Assembly (NCBI RefSeq): GCF_036588685.1
Contig: NC_086377.1
Location: forward strand, 2,356,001 to 2,420,000
Direction of reading: 5' to 3'
Length of the DNA stretch: 64,000 nt
Origin: Mytilus trossulus
Lineage: Eukaryota
The notes below the pieces were generated by a model. That model was not told the origin of the DNA. It was given only the letters and a program-made list of their open reading frames with translations, and did not search any database. Below, piece by piece: positions 39,810 through 52,543 of this stretch (within the stretch, counting starts at the first letter, position 1; every line of letters begins with the position of its first letter). The position numbers were made by a program, and so were the translations under genes.

Positions 39810-41044
39810 CTGTTACACTAGGACCACAGGCACTAGACGTTCCCCCTGTTATTATTTTTTTGATTAGCTACTGTCACGGTGTATTTGTATATACAGAAGA
39901 ATTCTAGAGTTTTGTATCACTTTGACAGTCAAATCCTGACACAGCAGCCCAACTGAGACCAGATATCATTTTTATTCACGAGTTATGATCAGTATCAGAT
40001 ATAAATGAGGGGGAGGACAGGGATAAGGGAGATAGGAGGTAGGAGAAAGGGGTGGGAGAAAGGGGTAGGAGAAAGGAGAGGTAGGTTGGGAAAAAGGAGA
40101 AGTTGGAGAAAAAAATAAAATATTAAAAAATAAAATATCTCTCTTTTTTCCGGTAAATTAAAAAAATAAAATAAGGAGAAGAGGGGTAGGAGAAAGGAGA
40201 AAAGGGGTGGGAGAAGGAAAAGGAATACCCCCCTGTCCCCCCCCCCCCTCATAAATGCATTTTCAGATCCTTTTTTCGCTTGTTCTGTTAAAATCTTACC
40301 ACGTAAATTCCTTAACTCTCTTTTTTATTTAATTGAATGTTGATTTTGTTTGCCTCAAAATAAACTGTTATTCCTGTGAATAATTTTCAATCTCCTTGCT
40401 TCTAGTATGAAAAATTTGCAAATCATCTTTGGCAGACGACGCGAGCACGAATCGCAATCTGTCAACAATGTTCTAAATGCACATAAAAATAGTTCGCTGT
40501 CGAGTTTTAATTTGATTTAGAATGACAAGACATTTCATCGTTCTTTGTAGAACAAACCATGATATCAATACACGTTTGTATTTTATTGATTTTCTAGGGA
40601 TGTTGCGACTTTGATAATAAATATTCGTGTAGTAATATGCCCTCACTTTTCTGTACGAAAGGAGACCGTAAAGACAGAGCAAACGAAACTTGAGGATGAA
40701 GATGAAGATGTGTTGATAAGATCTGATACGTAAAATGCATAAAACTTAAATTTTCTCGGTTAAAAGTCACTTACTATTATTTCTCTTTCAAAACTGCCAT
40801 TAAGGAAACACGCATTAAAATACCCGTTTGAAAAAGGGGGGGGGGGGGGGGGGGGGTCTCAACGGAAGATTCCGGGAACGTTCGGCCTGATATATATATA
40901 TTTAGCCGTCATGTTAAGAATGTAAATTATATGAATTAATATGGGGAAGTTCTAATGTTCGCCGATTATGGCCAGATAATTGTTTTCCATTGATTTGTGT
41001 CTAATAAACTTTTGAGCTGCAAAAAAAAATCAGTTTCTTTTAAC

Positions 41045-41605
41045 GGAGCTATCCATTTGATTTTTAGGGGGGGGGGGGGGGGGCTAGAATAAAATTTGAA
41101 AAAAATAGGTAGGACAGGAGTTTTGAGTAAAAAAAAGGCAGGATAACACACTTGCAAAAAAAAATAAGACAATTTTGGTAAAAATAAAAAAAGTCGGGAT
41201 AAACTAAAAAAAAAAAAATGGCAGGACCAGAGACATATAAAGGATACAATGTATTATATGTCTCTGGCAGGACCGAACACAGTGAAAAATAAAAAAGCAG
41301 GACAGAGATTACAGCTAAAAAAAGGCAGGACAAAATTTACATCCTAGCTCCCCCCCTAAAAATCAAATGGTAGCTAAATGGAGCTACCATTTGATTTTTA
41401 TGGGGGGGGGGGGGGGGGGGGGCCTAGGATGAAAGATTTTGTCCTGTCTTTTTTTTTTTTAGTCTATTTGGTCCTGCCTTTTTTATTTCTTAGCTTATCC
41501 TGACTTTTTTACAATAATTGTCATATACTGCCATTTTTTTTTGCCAAGATACTCATCCTGCCTTTTTTTTTACTCAAAATCCTGTCCTGCCTTATTTTCA
41601 AATTT
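41045..41605. mobile_element. Two adjacent copies (one complete, one partial and inverted) of a MITE with poly-G subterminal tracts
   Basis: ggagctatccatttgattttt(g)n ... aaaatcaaatggtagct, then ggagctaccatttgattttt(g)n again at 41380. Confidence 0.65.
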
Positions 41606-41609
41606 CATC

Positions 41610-43630
41610 ATTTATAAATCTGGTGACCCATCTAATTGTGGGAACTATAGAGGTATAAGCATAACAAGCTGTCTTGGTAAAGTCATTACATCCATTTTAC
41701 AAAAACGACTTAGTGATTTTCTTGAAACACATAATTTATTATTTTCAAATCAAGGTGGTTTTAGAAAAAAATTACAGAACTGTAGATCATGTCTTTTATT
41801 TTAAAAACAATAATAAACAAATATTTGTTTAAATGTAAAAAGAAACTATATGTGTGTTTTGTAAATTTTAAAAAGGCTTTTGACAGTGTCTGGAGATCAG
41901 CTCTGTTCTTAAAATTACAAAATAAAGAAATACAAGGCAAATTTTATTATATACTGCATGACATGTACTCTAATACCTTATATTCATGTAAATATCAAAA
42001 TATGTTTACCAAGCCTTTTCTTGATAATCAGGGTGTCAAACAAGGTGACAGTTTTAAATAAGTCCAACTTGGAAAATTTATACAAGCAGTGTCAAGCCTC
42101 TCAGATAAAGCTAAAACAGCATATTTTGCATTGAAGTCAAAACTACCATATAGTGAAAATTTGTCTGTTAAATTAAGACTTGGCTCCAGCTTTTTAATTC
42201 AATGATAACTCCTATTTTAACTTATGGATCAGAAGTACAATGTATGGTTATCAGAATTCAAACCAAATTTTGAAGCATTTATAGACAAAAGTAATTTAGA
42301 CAAAACACAAAACTCCATATTTAAAAACATACTTGTGGTTCATGGAAAGTCTTCCAATCTAGCAGTGCGGTGTGAATTGGGCACTTTACCCATTAGCATT
42401 AAATGTTATCAACTTATGTTTAAATATTATGAGCGTCTCAGTAATATTGGTGAACAGTCTGGTGGTCCGCATGAAAATTCTCAAGGCTGCTTTTGAAGTG
42501 GACAAAACTCTCACAAATAGAGAAAATTCACGGTCTTATAAACTATCTGAATTAATGAAATATATTGCAATACCATTTAAAAAGCATTGTTATAGTAATT
42601 TCAAATAGAAACTAGAAGATTTCTACAAAAATAAAATTATATTTGAACTTTCTAAAATAAAAGATGGACACTGGTAAACTTTTATTTTTTAGTAAAATTT
42701 AAACAACAAGAATATTTAAATTTTAATATTCCTAAATACCTTTAACCCTTTCCTCCATAATGACGCCTTTTGACGCCTTTTGACGCCTATGTAGTACCTC
42801 AGTTGAAACACTTTGACTACAAAGTGTCTGCAGTTGACTTAATAAAATTGGTATCCATTATGAAAAGGAATATCATATAGGAATATATATATATCCGACT
42901 CAAATTTATTTGATGAAATAGTTGTTTTTCGCAATGCCTTAATACTTTTAAGCATATGTTCAGCATTTTATCAAAAAAATCCTATGCGAATCAAGTATGC
43001 AAAAAAAAAAAAAAATTCAATGGAGGAAAGGGTTAATTGAAAAAAACTCACTAAATTAAGAATAATGCACACTCATTAGCAATAGAATAACTGGGAGGTA
43101 TGCAAGACCAAAAATACCATCTAATGAGAGATTTTGTATATTTTGCACAGGAAAAATTAAAAATGAGATTCATTTCTTGATTGAATGTCTGCAATATAAC
43201 AAAATTAGATCTAAATATAAAATTAATGATATCAATTTAAATAATTTGGATTAAAGTTTTACCAAAATGTTAAATCCTATATGTCTGAAAAGGAATTAAA
43301 ATCTATTTGTATGTATATTGAAGAAGCTTTTTATTTAAGAGACCTCCATACCGTTTCATCAGAAAATAATCCTTGACAGTAGTTTGTCCATATACATATA
43401 TAAATATCTTATATTGTGTGTTTTAAGTAAATATATGAAAATCTAGAATAATACTGAGATATAAGTCTATGGTATCAATATCAGTCTATAATGTATTTGT
43501 ATACATAGAATTGGCTTGACTTGTTCCATGAATCTTTATTTCATTTGTGTGTTGTTTTAATATTATTAATTATCTGTATTTGGATCACGCCTCTATTGAG
43601 CTCTTTCCAATAAAATATTGAATTGAATTG
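41610..43630 (+). pseudogene. Decayed LINE ORF2 (RT with an internal deletion, C-terminal region and 3' tail)
   Basis: KSGDPSNCGNYRGISITSCLGK, NQGGFRK, LYVCFVNFKKAFDSVWR, GVKQGD and SNLAVRCELG. Ends caataaaatattgaattgaattg. Confidence 0.88.
42746..43032. mobile_element. piggyBac-type MITE inserted in the LINE
   Basis: ttaa|ccctttcctccat ... atggaggaaaggg|ttaa. Confidence 0.88.
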
Positions 43631-43884
43631 GATAAACAGGAATTTCGGGAGGGGGCACTTCCTATACATATAAGGTGTCAGCTGGGAACAGTATATTTAA
43701 TACATGTACACATGTTCCCAATGCATAGTCAATAGTCAGATCCTTGCCCCCCCCCCCTTTTCGTGGCAAAAAAATTGGTTTATCAGAGGCGGATTAATCA
43801 TTTAGGAGGGGGGCCTTCCCCCCCTTTTTTTGGAAAAATTTGGTTGCTTATATAGGAAATCACTGAAGCGTGACTGGAGTGTAT

Positions 43885-44120
43885 TTAGTGTGAATTAATT
43901 TGCTAGATATGTTCAAAAATTTATATTGTCCGAAATGTTTTACTTCTTGTTTAATTTCAAAAACTTTTTCTACTAGCAAATGAGAACTGGCAGAAGAAGT
44001 TATGTTAGATTTGTGAAGCTCTTGGCTGCATTTATAAGCATCTTTCAATAGACTGAATTCAGTTGTAAGATTTTCAAATCTATACCAGTATTGTACAATT
44101 GACCTTACAATATATATCAT
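43885..44120 (-). pseudogene. Short LINE ORF2 C-terminal fragment
   Basis: IVRSIVQYWYRFENL...LLKDAY resembles the post-RT region of the other LINEs in the window. Confidence 0.45.
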
Positions 44121-45589
44121 AATGTAAGGGGAAAAGACTGAAGTGGGGACCCCTCTTAGGCAGTCTATGGGCCCCCTCTTATGAAAATTTCTAGATCCGC
44201 CATTGTTTTCTAGTTTAAAAATATGTGAATAGGTGTTGAAAATATTAAGAAATATATTAAGTCAACAAATTAAAAAGAAAATGTGGTACACTGTATGATT
44301 GCCAATGAGACAACTCACTATTATGTTTCTAGATAGGCAGAATCAGGGGGCCCTGTCTGACAACACCTTTTGTTAGAAAAATTTAGTTGATTGTATATAG
44401 GGAATGACTCGAGTTAAGGGACAAAGGGCCCCCTCTTATGAAAATTTCTAGATCCACCATTGATTTCTAGTTTAAAATATGTGAATAGGTGTTGAAATAT
44501 TCAGAATATTAAGTCAACAAATTAAAAGGAAAATATGGTATACTGTCAGTAGGTATGACACATGATTTTTTTAACACATCCATTCCATAATATAAATGCT
44601 TTTAACTTACAGAGCTCATAAAAACAAAGAAAATGGTGTTAAAAATATGAAGATACCTTTAGCGGTTCAAAAGTTACGACCAAAACAAATTTAAAAAATA
44701 GCGATATTTTCTGCCGCTTTTGCTATATATGATACAAAAATGATAAAATCTCAAATTTTAGAGGCTTTTATCTCCACATTTGTTACTAACAAAACCTAAA
44801 TAAACTCTAACTCTTCTATTTAGGGATATATTAGACTGGTATGGTCTTTACTAGTTACTTAAACCCAAAGTTTCCAAAAATATAAACACCACAAATAGGT
44901 CTTCGAGCACCCTCGGAAATGTGTCCTAACTGCAGAAACGACAGAGTCCAGCATTTTTTCTCTTGAATTGGCTGTAATTCTGTTACTATTTGCATTACCT
45001 CCTTATAAATTTGGCTACTAGGGTAATTTGGCATGCTCTTTCATTTGGCACTGTCAAAATTGCAATATTTTTAGTGGAAATTGAGTTTTTTTACCATGGT
45101 TACCATTTTTTTCAATGATCTAATTTGAAGCAACCATCGTACAACCCGTTAAATATTCAATTTCCAAGTTATCTTTGCACAAATTAGTTTTCTGAGACTT
45201 TTTTGCATGCTTTTTCTTTTATCAATGTTAAAGATATATTTACTGGTCAGGAAATGATAGTTTTTTTATCCCTAAATAGTCAATTACCATGGCAACAATT
45301 AACTATAACTTTCCACAAAATATATTGGATACTTTAAAAATTACTGTTTCAATGTTTTTTTAAAGGAAGACCATGTAATTTCTAAAATGTGTATGGTGTG
45401 TCCTTTCAGGGAAAAACAACCAAATGTGTTTATTTCAAATATGTCTGTAGTCTGTAGTGTGAATCTTTAAAAGGTTGGTTTGGCAAAGAATGATATGAAA
45501 CAGTGGAATATGTAATAATTTAAGTAACAAGATAAAATAGCAATAAACAGTTACATGTAACATTGAAAAATAAACATTTTCAGAACAAA

Positions 45590-48500
45590 TTAACAATTTT
45601 CAAAGTATTTTTCCACAAATTGTTTATGCAATATTTCAATTTCATCCATGTTGGGAATGAGCCAATGCCTAAGCCCCGGAGAGGGCATTATTTCAAAATC
45701 AGAATAAATTATAAATTTTTCATTAATACTATCTATATCGTCTTTGTTTGGCCAAATAAAAGTATTTCCTCTCATACTTTTTCGTTTTAAAAACTTTACA
45801 GTGTATGCATTGTCAATTATATCCATAATTTCCCCTGGATACCAATTATCCTCGTAGGATACTGCAACCCATATCCCATTTTCTTAAACTTTCTGTTTGT
45901 CAATTTTCAAAGTAAGTGTTAAAACATCTTTCATTTGGTTAACAGTGTTTTTCCACATTATGTCTTTTTTATCAACATCTAAATTCATAAAATGTTTACA
46001 ATAAAGTAACTGATTTCTGAGTTTTTCTTTCTTTAATCGGATTGATTTAGACAATTGTAAAAGACGGTCAACATCCTTCCTAGATCTCACTATACCACCC
46101 ATTAGCCTCACACTTTGTTCAATTTTGTTTATTTCCATCTTTTTCTTTTGTTCAAGCTGTTGTTTTTTCTTCTTTATTTGCTGTAAATGTGTTTTCCTAG
46201 CTTCCATAACACTCTTTTCATACGCAATTTCTTTTGACTTTAAAAGATTTAGCACTTTTTCTAGCTTTTAAAAGTAAAACTTTCCTGGAATTTTCAGTTT
46301 TAGTTTTTAGCCATTGTATTGTTTTATTTCGTTTGAGCATACTTATTGCAGAATGGTGTCTTAAAGTTGCATTTGGTTTTCTTTTAAAATAAAAGTCTAG
46401 ATCTCCAAACAAATTTTCCGCGGGTATATTTGTTAACCCTTACAGAAATGAAAAGTTTGCTGCAATATTGCAACAATATAGCGGCAATATTGCGGCAAAC
46501 AAATTTGTTTGCAAGAAAGTTGCAGGTTGTTGCAGCTACCTGCAATATTCCCGCAATGTTACTGCAACAAAATTTGTTTGCAAGAAAATTGCAGCAAGTT
46601 TGCTGCAATGTTGCAAGAAAGAATTTGTTTGCCAGAAAGTTGCAGGAACCTTTTCTTTTATTATTTAAGGAAAGACTATTTGCAACAACTTTGCAAGAAA
46701 AATTTCTTTAATAATGTCAGACATGTAGTAATGCACCAATATTTCAAGCATTTTAAAATATTACATTTTTAAAGATTTAAGGTTCAAATAATACACAACG
46801 TATGGTTTCTTTGAACATTCAGTTATGGAATTACTTCAAATTATCTAAATTTGTTATGGTCATACTTTATTTTACACAGATAAATCTGGATATTTGAATA
46901 ATTTATTTGAAATAATCTTCAAATAACAATTAATGCTTATAAAGAATTCCTAAACTGCACATTTATCACAATTTTAGATATTTTGTAAGGAAAGAATTCT
47001 TTGGTATTCATTTCAACAAATTAAATCTAAATAATTGAGTCATAATAAATTTTGTTCTATATGTATTATTATGCCTTTTTGTCACTTTTTTGTGACATTT
47101 TTCTATAAACAATATTTGTAATTCTAATATTTTCAATCAAATGAATTTAGCCTCACCTGCAGTTTAATTTCTAGTATCATTATTTTAAAATTATTTATAC
47201 ACAAATTATCTTTCTCATCTCAATTAGTAATATGAGCTGGTGATAGAAATGTAATGTGCACATCTGGTTTTCATTATCTGTGGAGCTGTAGAGACAGGAA
47301 GTACCATAAATTAATGTACACAGAGTTGGAGGCCAAATTAAGGGCAGAGCATTTCTTGTTTGTATATATTTCCATTATAACTTATAAAACCAAAGATAAA
47401 AAAGATGTATTTATAATTATTCATATATTATAATAAATAACAAATATTCAAGATTTAGGCAATGGATATTTATAATTATGGGCAAATTTCAAAGGGATCA
47501 CATTGAAACAATACCCTAAGCAACCTTGATCAACATATATTCAAAATTTGAACTGGACATGAACATGCATACAACAAACAAAGATGTCTTCTATCAGGAA
47601 CAAAGTAATATGAATTTTACAATGGATTTAGACATGTTAGATCCAAAAGATCCAATTGATTCTATTGACACTGGGTAATGCAGATGCTAGCCTTCAGTTG
47701 ACATGACTCTTGGATTCAGGAAGATTGGTGTTTACACACAATTTGGACAACATCTTTTGGTAAGTAAAATGGAGTTGAATGTCCACCATTTTGAATAAGT
47801 GCATGCTCTTTAACAGTTCAAATAGTGATAAATAAAGAGTCTTCTTAATTTAATAGAGTTGGCAAAAGTATTAGACAATAGATTTATGCACATGAATATT
47901 ATCAATATTGTGTAAGACAGGAGATATTTTTTTAAATCTTTTAATTACTGTATGTTTTAGAAATAATTAAACATTACTTATATTGAAACAAGAAATCTTC
48001 TAATAAAAGCAGTTTGGTATTAAATTAGAGATCTGTGATTTAACTGTGCCAATAAGAGGTTTGTCAACAAATGGCAACAATGTATAGCTTTCATATATAT
48101 ATATATACACAACTTATCACAAAAATTAACATTTTAAAGAATAGACTAGACCAATTATGTTACAGTTCAATGAAAAACAAATATTCAAAAAAAACAATAA
48201 CAACCTAGTACTGACATGAGGTTAAATGTATTCTATAGTTATATGCAATTTCTAGAAGGACTTGATCACTTTTAGACTTTGGCGCTTTAAGTGAAACAAA
48301 TTCACGCGTAGCGAGTCATTTAACAGTGAGCACCAAATTTGTTATGTTATTTTGAATAGACAGAAAAAATATTACAGTCATTTCTTATAATTTAATACTA
48401 AATTCCATTTTAAACCGTAAAAAGCTATGATAAAACGTTGATAATATCACGGTCACAAGACTAAATTATGTATATGGGCTGATAACAAAATAACGTCAGC

Positions 48501-50030
48501 CAATCAGAAGACAAGTTACATCCAAAATTAAACCATATAGTAGTAACTTATATCTGTGTATCTTTATAATTTTAGTTATTTTTTTTATGTCTACTAATTA
48601 AAATTCTTCAACTTTTATTTTGCAGTATTTTTGAAATCAGAAAATTCAACTTAAAGGACAGTGAGACTTATAGAGAAACAGAACTGAAAGCTACACAGAT
48701 GTAACACGACAACCTATAGAGGACAGAGACCATTTTCAACCTACAGAGGACGGAGACATTTTTTTTTTTATTATTAAATCATAAATTATTAAATGTTTAG
48801 TTTTTAATTCCAAATTTTACACCTGAATTGTTGAAAGATTTGCTGCAATGTTGCCGCAATATTGCAAGAAATTAATTTTCCTGCAATATTGCTGCAACAT
48901 TGCAGCTAATGAACTTGCCGCAATATTGCTGCAACAATCACAGCTACTGATTTTCCCACAAACATTTGCTGCAATATTGCCGCAATTTGTTGCGTCAATG
49001 TTGCAGCAACTGTTTGCAAGAAAACTAATTTGCATACGAAAAATGAATATTTGCAGCAATATTGCCGCAACTATTTGCAGCAACATTGCCCCAAATATTT
49101 GCAAGAAGCCTTATTTTTCTGTAAGGGAACTTGCTATGAGATGTTCTTGATTTCAGATCTGGATCAGGGAACGATCCATATACTCCATTTTCAAGGTGGT
49201 CATTAAGTTGTCTTTTTACAATTGTCAACATGGATGAACATATAATTTTAAGAATGTCATTAGTTTTAGGATGTATCTTTGCCTTGTTGAATACCTTTTG
49301 AATTATGTCATGTGGATATTGTTCATATAAACTAGAAATTTCGTCATAATTAAAATCAAAAACATTGAAATCATTGGAGCTCCAATCAACCAATCTATCT
49401 CTTAAAGGTATAATAAATTTGTAAAGATCTAAGTAATGTTCATCACTGTTAATTACATTCCAGAATGGTTCAGCTAAAATCATAGATGCTATAGCAATGG
49501 CGGATACATGGGAGAGAACATCAGGACATTTAATGTCAGCAAGAACAGATTGCAGTTTATCATTTGGATTTTCTCTATAGTTCAAAATAAAGTCAATTAT
49601 GTCTTCAGAATGGTTTAAAATAGAAACAGCACCTGTAAACAAATTGTTGAACCTATTCCCCCTGTAATTTATAATCATGGAAGATTTTTGTTTTAGAGCT
49701 AAATAAGCAAGCCACTCCTGTCTTGCACCGTTCTTCTCGTCACCCCTTGGACCTAAAACTTCTGAAGCCATACGAATTAATCTGATGGATGATGGCTCAG
49801 AATTGTGTTTGAAACGAGAAAATTTTGGCAATGAATCTCTTCCAATAGGTGGATTTTGTTTTGCTAATTCTTTAAGTGATTTTGTTATTTCATTGTGGAA
49901 GCCTAAAAGAACATGTGCACTGCAATAAAAGAAATTAAGTTTTGATATGTCGTTCTCATTTAAATCTTCTGTTAATTTTAATTTTCTCCATTCATCAATA
50001 ATTTCATTTGTTTTTTTCATCACGCTATTA
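45590..50030 (-). pseudogene. hAT-like DDE transposase pseudogene, 5'-truncated, frameshifted and split by an insertion
   Basis: Motifs CSAH, YRGNRFN and KRQLNDHL. After removing 46437-49127 plus the TSD, the frame reads SHSKLTNIPAENLFGDLD. The C-terminal segment is WVAVSYEDNWYPG...FIWPNKDD. Confidence 0.72.
46437..49127. mobile_element. 2.7-kb non-autonomous TIR element with CCC...GGG ends, a 2-bp TSD (aa) and subterminal ttgc/gcaa repeats; CACTA/CMC-like
   Basis: aa|cccttacagaaa ... tttctgtaaggg|aa. Dense ttgcagcaa/gcaatattgc motifs at 46455-46700 and 48840-49105. Confidence 0.88.
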
Positions 50031-50160
50031 CTGTATGATTGCCAATGAGACAAATCTAGTCTCTAGACAATAGACACAATAACATTAGAAATTAACAACT
50101 TTAGGTCACTGTATGGCCTTCAACAATGATAAAACCAGAAACTACTATAAGTTACAATAA

Positions 50161-50546
50161 GGAGGCTCGAGGGTACATGTATAAAAATTTAAGAGAAAAA
50201 TAAACATTTATTTTTTCATTACAAAGGAGTAGATTCAGTAAGACCCCTTTTTGGCCCCAAAATATAGCAGTTTTACAAAATTGTGAAAATGTAATCCTTA
50301 AGCTATTGATTGGAAAGTAGCATGCTTCTGCTAAATAAATATAGGATGTTTTTGACAATCCAATGCATATATCAGGTACTAGCATCATTAAGTAATGCTA
50401 AATTACTGAAATCTTCAAAATGTTAGATTTTTTGGTAAATTTTAGACGGTTTCTGTCTTAAATGAAAGTGTAAATTTTCCCCTTACATTATGATATTGTT
50501 ATTATTCGTGTTCATTTATAATATTGAAATGTTAATTATACCCCAT

Positions 50547-50583
<37 letters not shown>

Positions 50584-51890
50584 TCTTTCGTCCGTCAGTC
50601 CTGTTTCTTGTCATCGCAACTCCTTTCAAACCATGCATCAGAATTTCATGAAACCTTTTTAGATAATAAGGACATACTATGTAGTTGTGCATATTGACCG
50701 GAAATTGTGATTCAATTTTTTTTCTAGGAGTTACGCCCCTTTGAACTTATTTACTTTAATGTACTACTGCAACAGTTTGTCATCTCATCTTCTCTCAAAC
50801 CACACAACAAAATTTCATGAAACCTTTTCAGAAAATAAGGACATACTATGTAGTTGTGCATATCAACGGGAAATTGCAATTCATTTTTTTTCCTAGGAGT
50901 TACGCCCCTTTGAACTTATTTACTTCAATGTTCTACTGCAACAGTTTGTTATGGCAACTCCTCTCAAACCACACAACAGAATTTCACGAAACCTTTTCAG
51001 ATAGTAAGGACATACTATGTAGTTCTGTATATCGACGGGAAATTGTGATTCAATTTTTTTCTAGGAGTTGCGCCCCTTTGAACTTATTTGCTTCAATGTA
51101 CTTCTGCAACAGTTTGTGATCTCAACTCCTCTGAAACCACACAACAGAATTTTTTTTTCTTACACTAAATTAATTTCTCCAATGACAATGTGGGGACGTG
51201 GGGTATGTGAGTGTGCTCACTAAGGTTCTTTAATTGTATTTAATGATAATACATAATATATATATACATGCACTTTCATTTTTTGACAAAAACCATCAGA
51301 AAAGTGACATTTTTTGGCAAATTCAATAGATTGTTCATACGAAAGCTTGAATCTGAGCGTTTTTAATGACTAAGTCAGTCAAAATCTATCACATTAACTA
51401 ATTGAATCAATTGAAATAGACAGTTAAGTGTTTAAAAAGTGTTCAAAATCTTTCGTTAGATGAATTTGAAATTTGAGGCCAAAATCAGAACCTTACCTAC
51501 TGCTCTTATTTGTTACCTTAAGTAGTTGTTACTTTATCATATGGTACAAAAATAATTTTAAAAAAGCAATTTTTGATGGCCTCAGATGAATTGTAAAATG
51601 TAGATATCATTAAAATTGCTCAAAATTATCTCCCTTTGGTATAAAAAAGCCATTTTTGAACTCATCCGTGACCTTTATTTTTTATTATTGTTTTAATTAA
51701 GCTGTTCTTAAACTAAACTATTGTAAAATTTGAGCGATTTCTGTAATTAAGTTCTCTTATTTCGGTATTACCTCTATTTCTGCTATTAGTTCAACAGAAA
51801 AAGGGTACCTTTACAAAAATGTATGCTTCTTTCGAAGGCAGGTTGTGAACGGTGACCCCATTTTTTTTTATTAAGTATAAGATTTAAGTA
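50161..51890. mobile_element. Three-level nest: a copy of the 39058 family, containing an aggagtag... element (~50225-51505), which contains a HINE-like repeat (~50537-51232) with ~180-bp internal tandem units
   Basis: 51515-51870 is the reverse complement of ~39160-39545. The internal units aaaccttttcagataataaggacatactatgtagt occur three times. Confidence 0.6.
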
Positions 51891-52543
51891 CGTTTAATAT
51901 CATTTTTACAGAAATAATTTTTCCTTGTAGATGTTGCAGATACATTCATACAAATGATGTTGAAGAAACAAAGAGAAAAGGAACTTGGACTGTACCATTT
52001 TGTTTGCAGCTGAAGTATACTTATTTAAATGTTTTGTAAAAATAAGAAGATGTGGTATGATTGTAAATGAAACAACTCTCCATGAGAGACCAGTGAGAGA
52101 AAAAATAACAACCATAGGTAACTACATCCTTCAACAATGAGCTATACAACGTCAAGGACTTGAAATTACCAATGAACAACTTAGGGCCTGATTTATTAAC
52201 AAAACATTGAACGATAAACTGTTATGATATACAGCAACAAACTACTGAATTACAAGCTCCTGAATTGAGACAGACACATGGAGTTTGTAAAACATTAAAA
52301 ATGGTTGCTGGCACGAAACCCTTCTTCTGACCTATGACTGGTGCAACATTTCAACTAGCAAACTATAAAAATCATTTGAAAAGGGCTTAATTCTAAGATC
52401 AATACAAAGTCAAAGCACAATAAAAAATCCTAAAACAAAAACACATGAAATACACATCTGAGATTTATAGCAGTTACTGAAAGCATGTTCTAATAATCAA
52501 TATTTTATCCTTGTCCTTACACAATGGGTTGAATTTCTCTTAA

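Noticed and set aside
39995-40252. Hydrophobic F/L/P-rich ORF
   Set aside because: It is the translation of a purine-rich low-complexity/MITE sequence (ggagaaagg repeats).
46384-46772. Cys/Gln-rich ORFs on both strands (also 48817-49150)
   Set aside because: They are translations of the ttgc/gcaa subterminal repeats of the 46437-49127 element.
51491-51502. ccttacctactg as the missing right TIR matching cagtaggt at 44547
   Set aside because: It is better explained as the degenerate end of the aggagtag... element starting at ~50225. No matching TSD follows, and the target flank already resumes at 50034.
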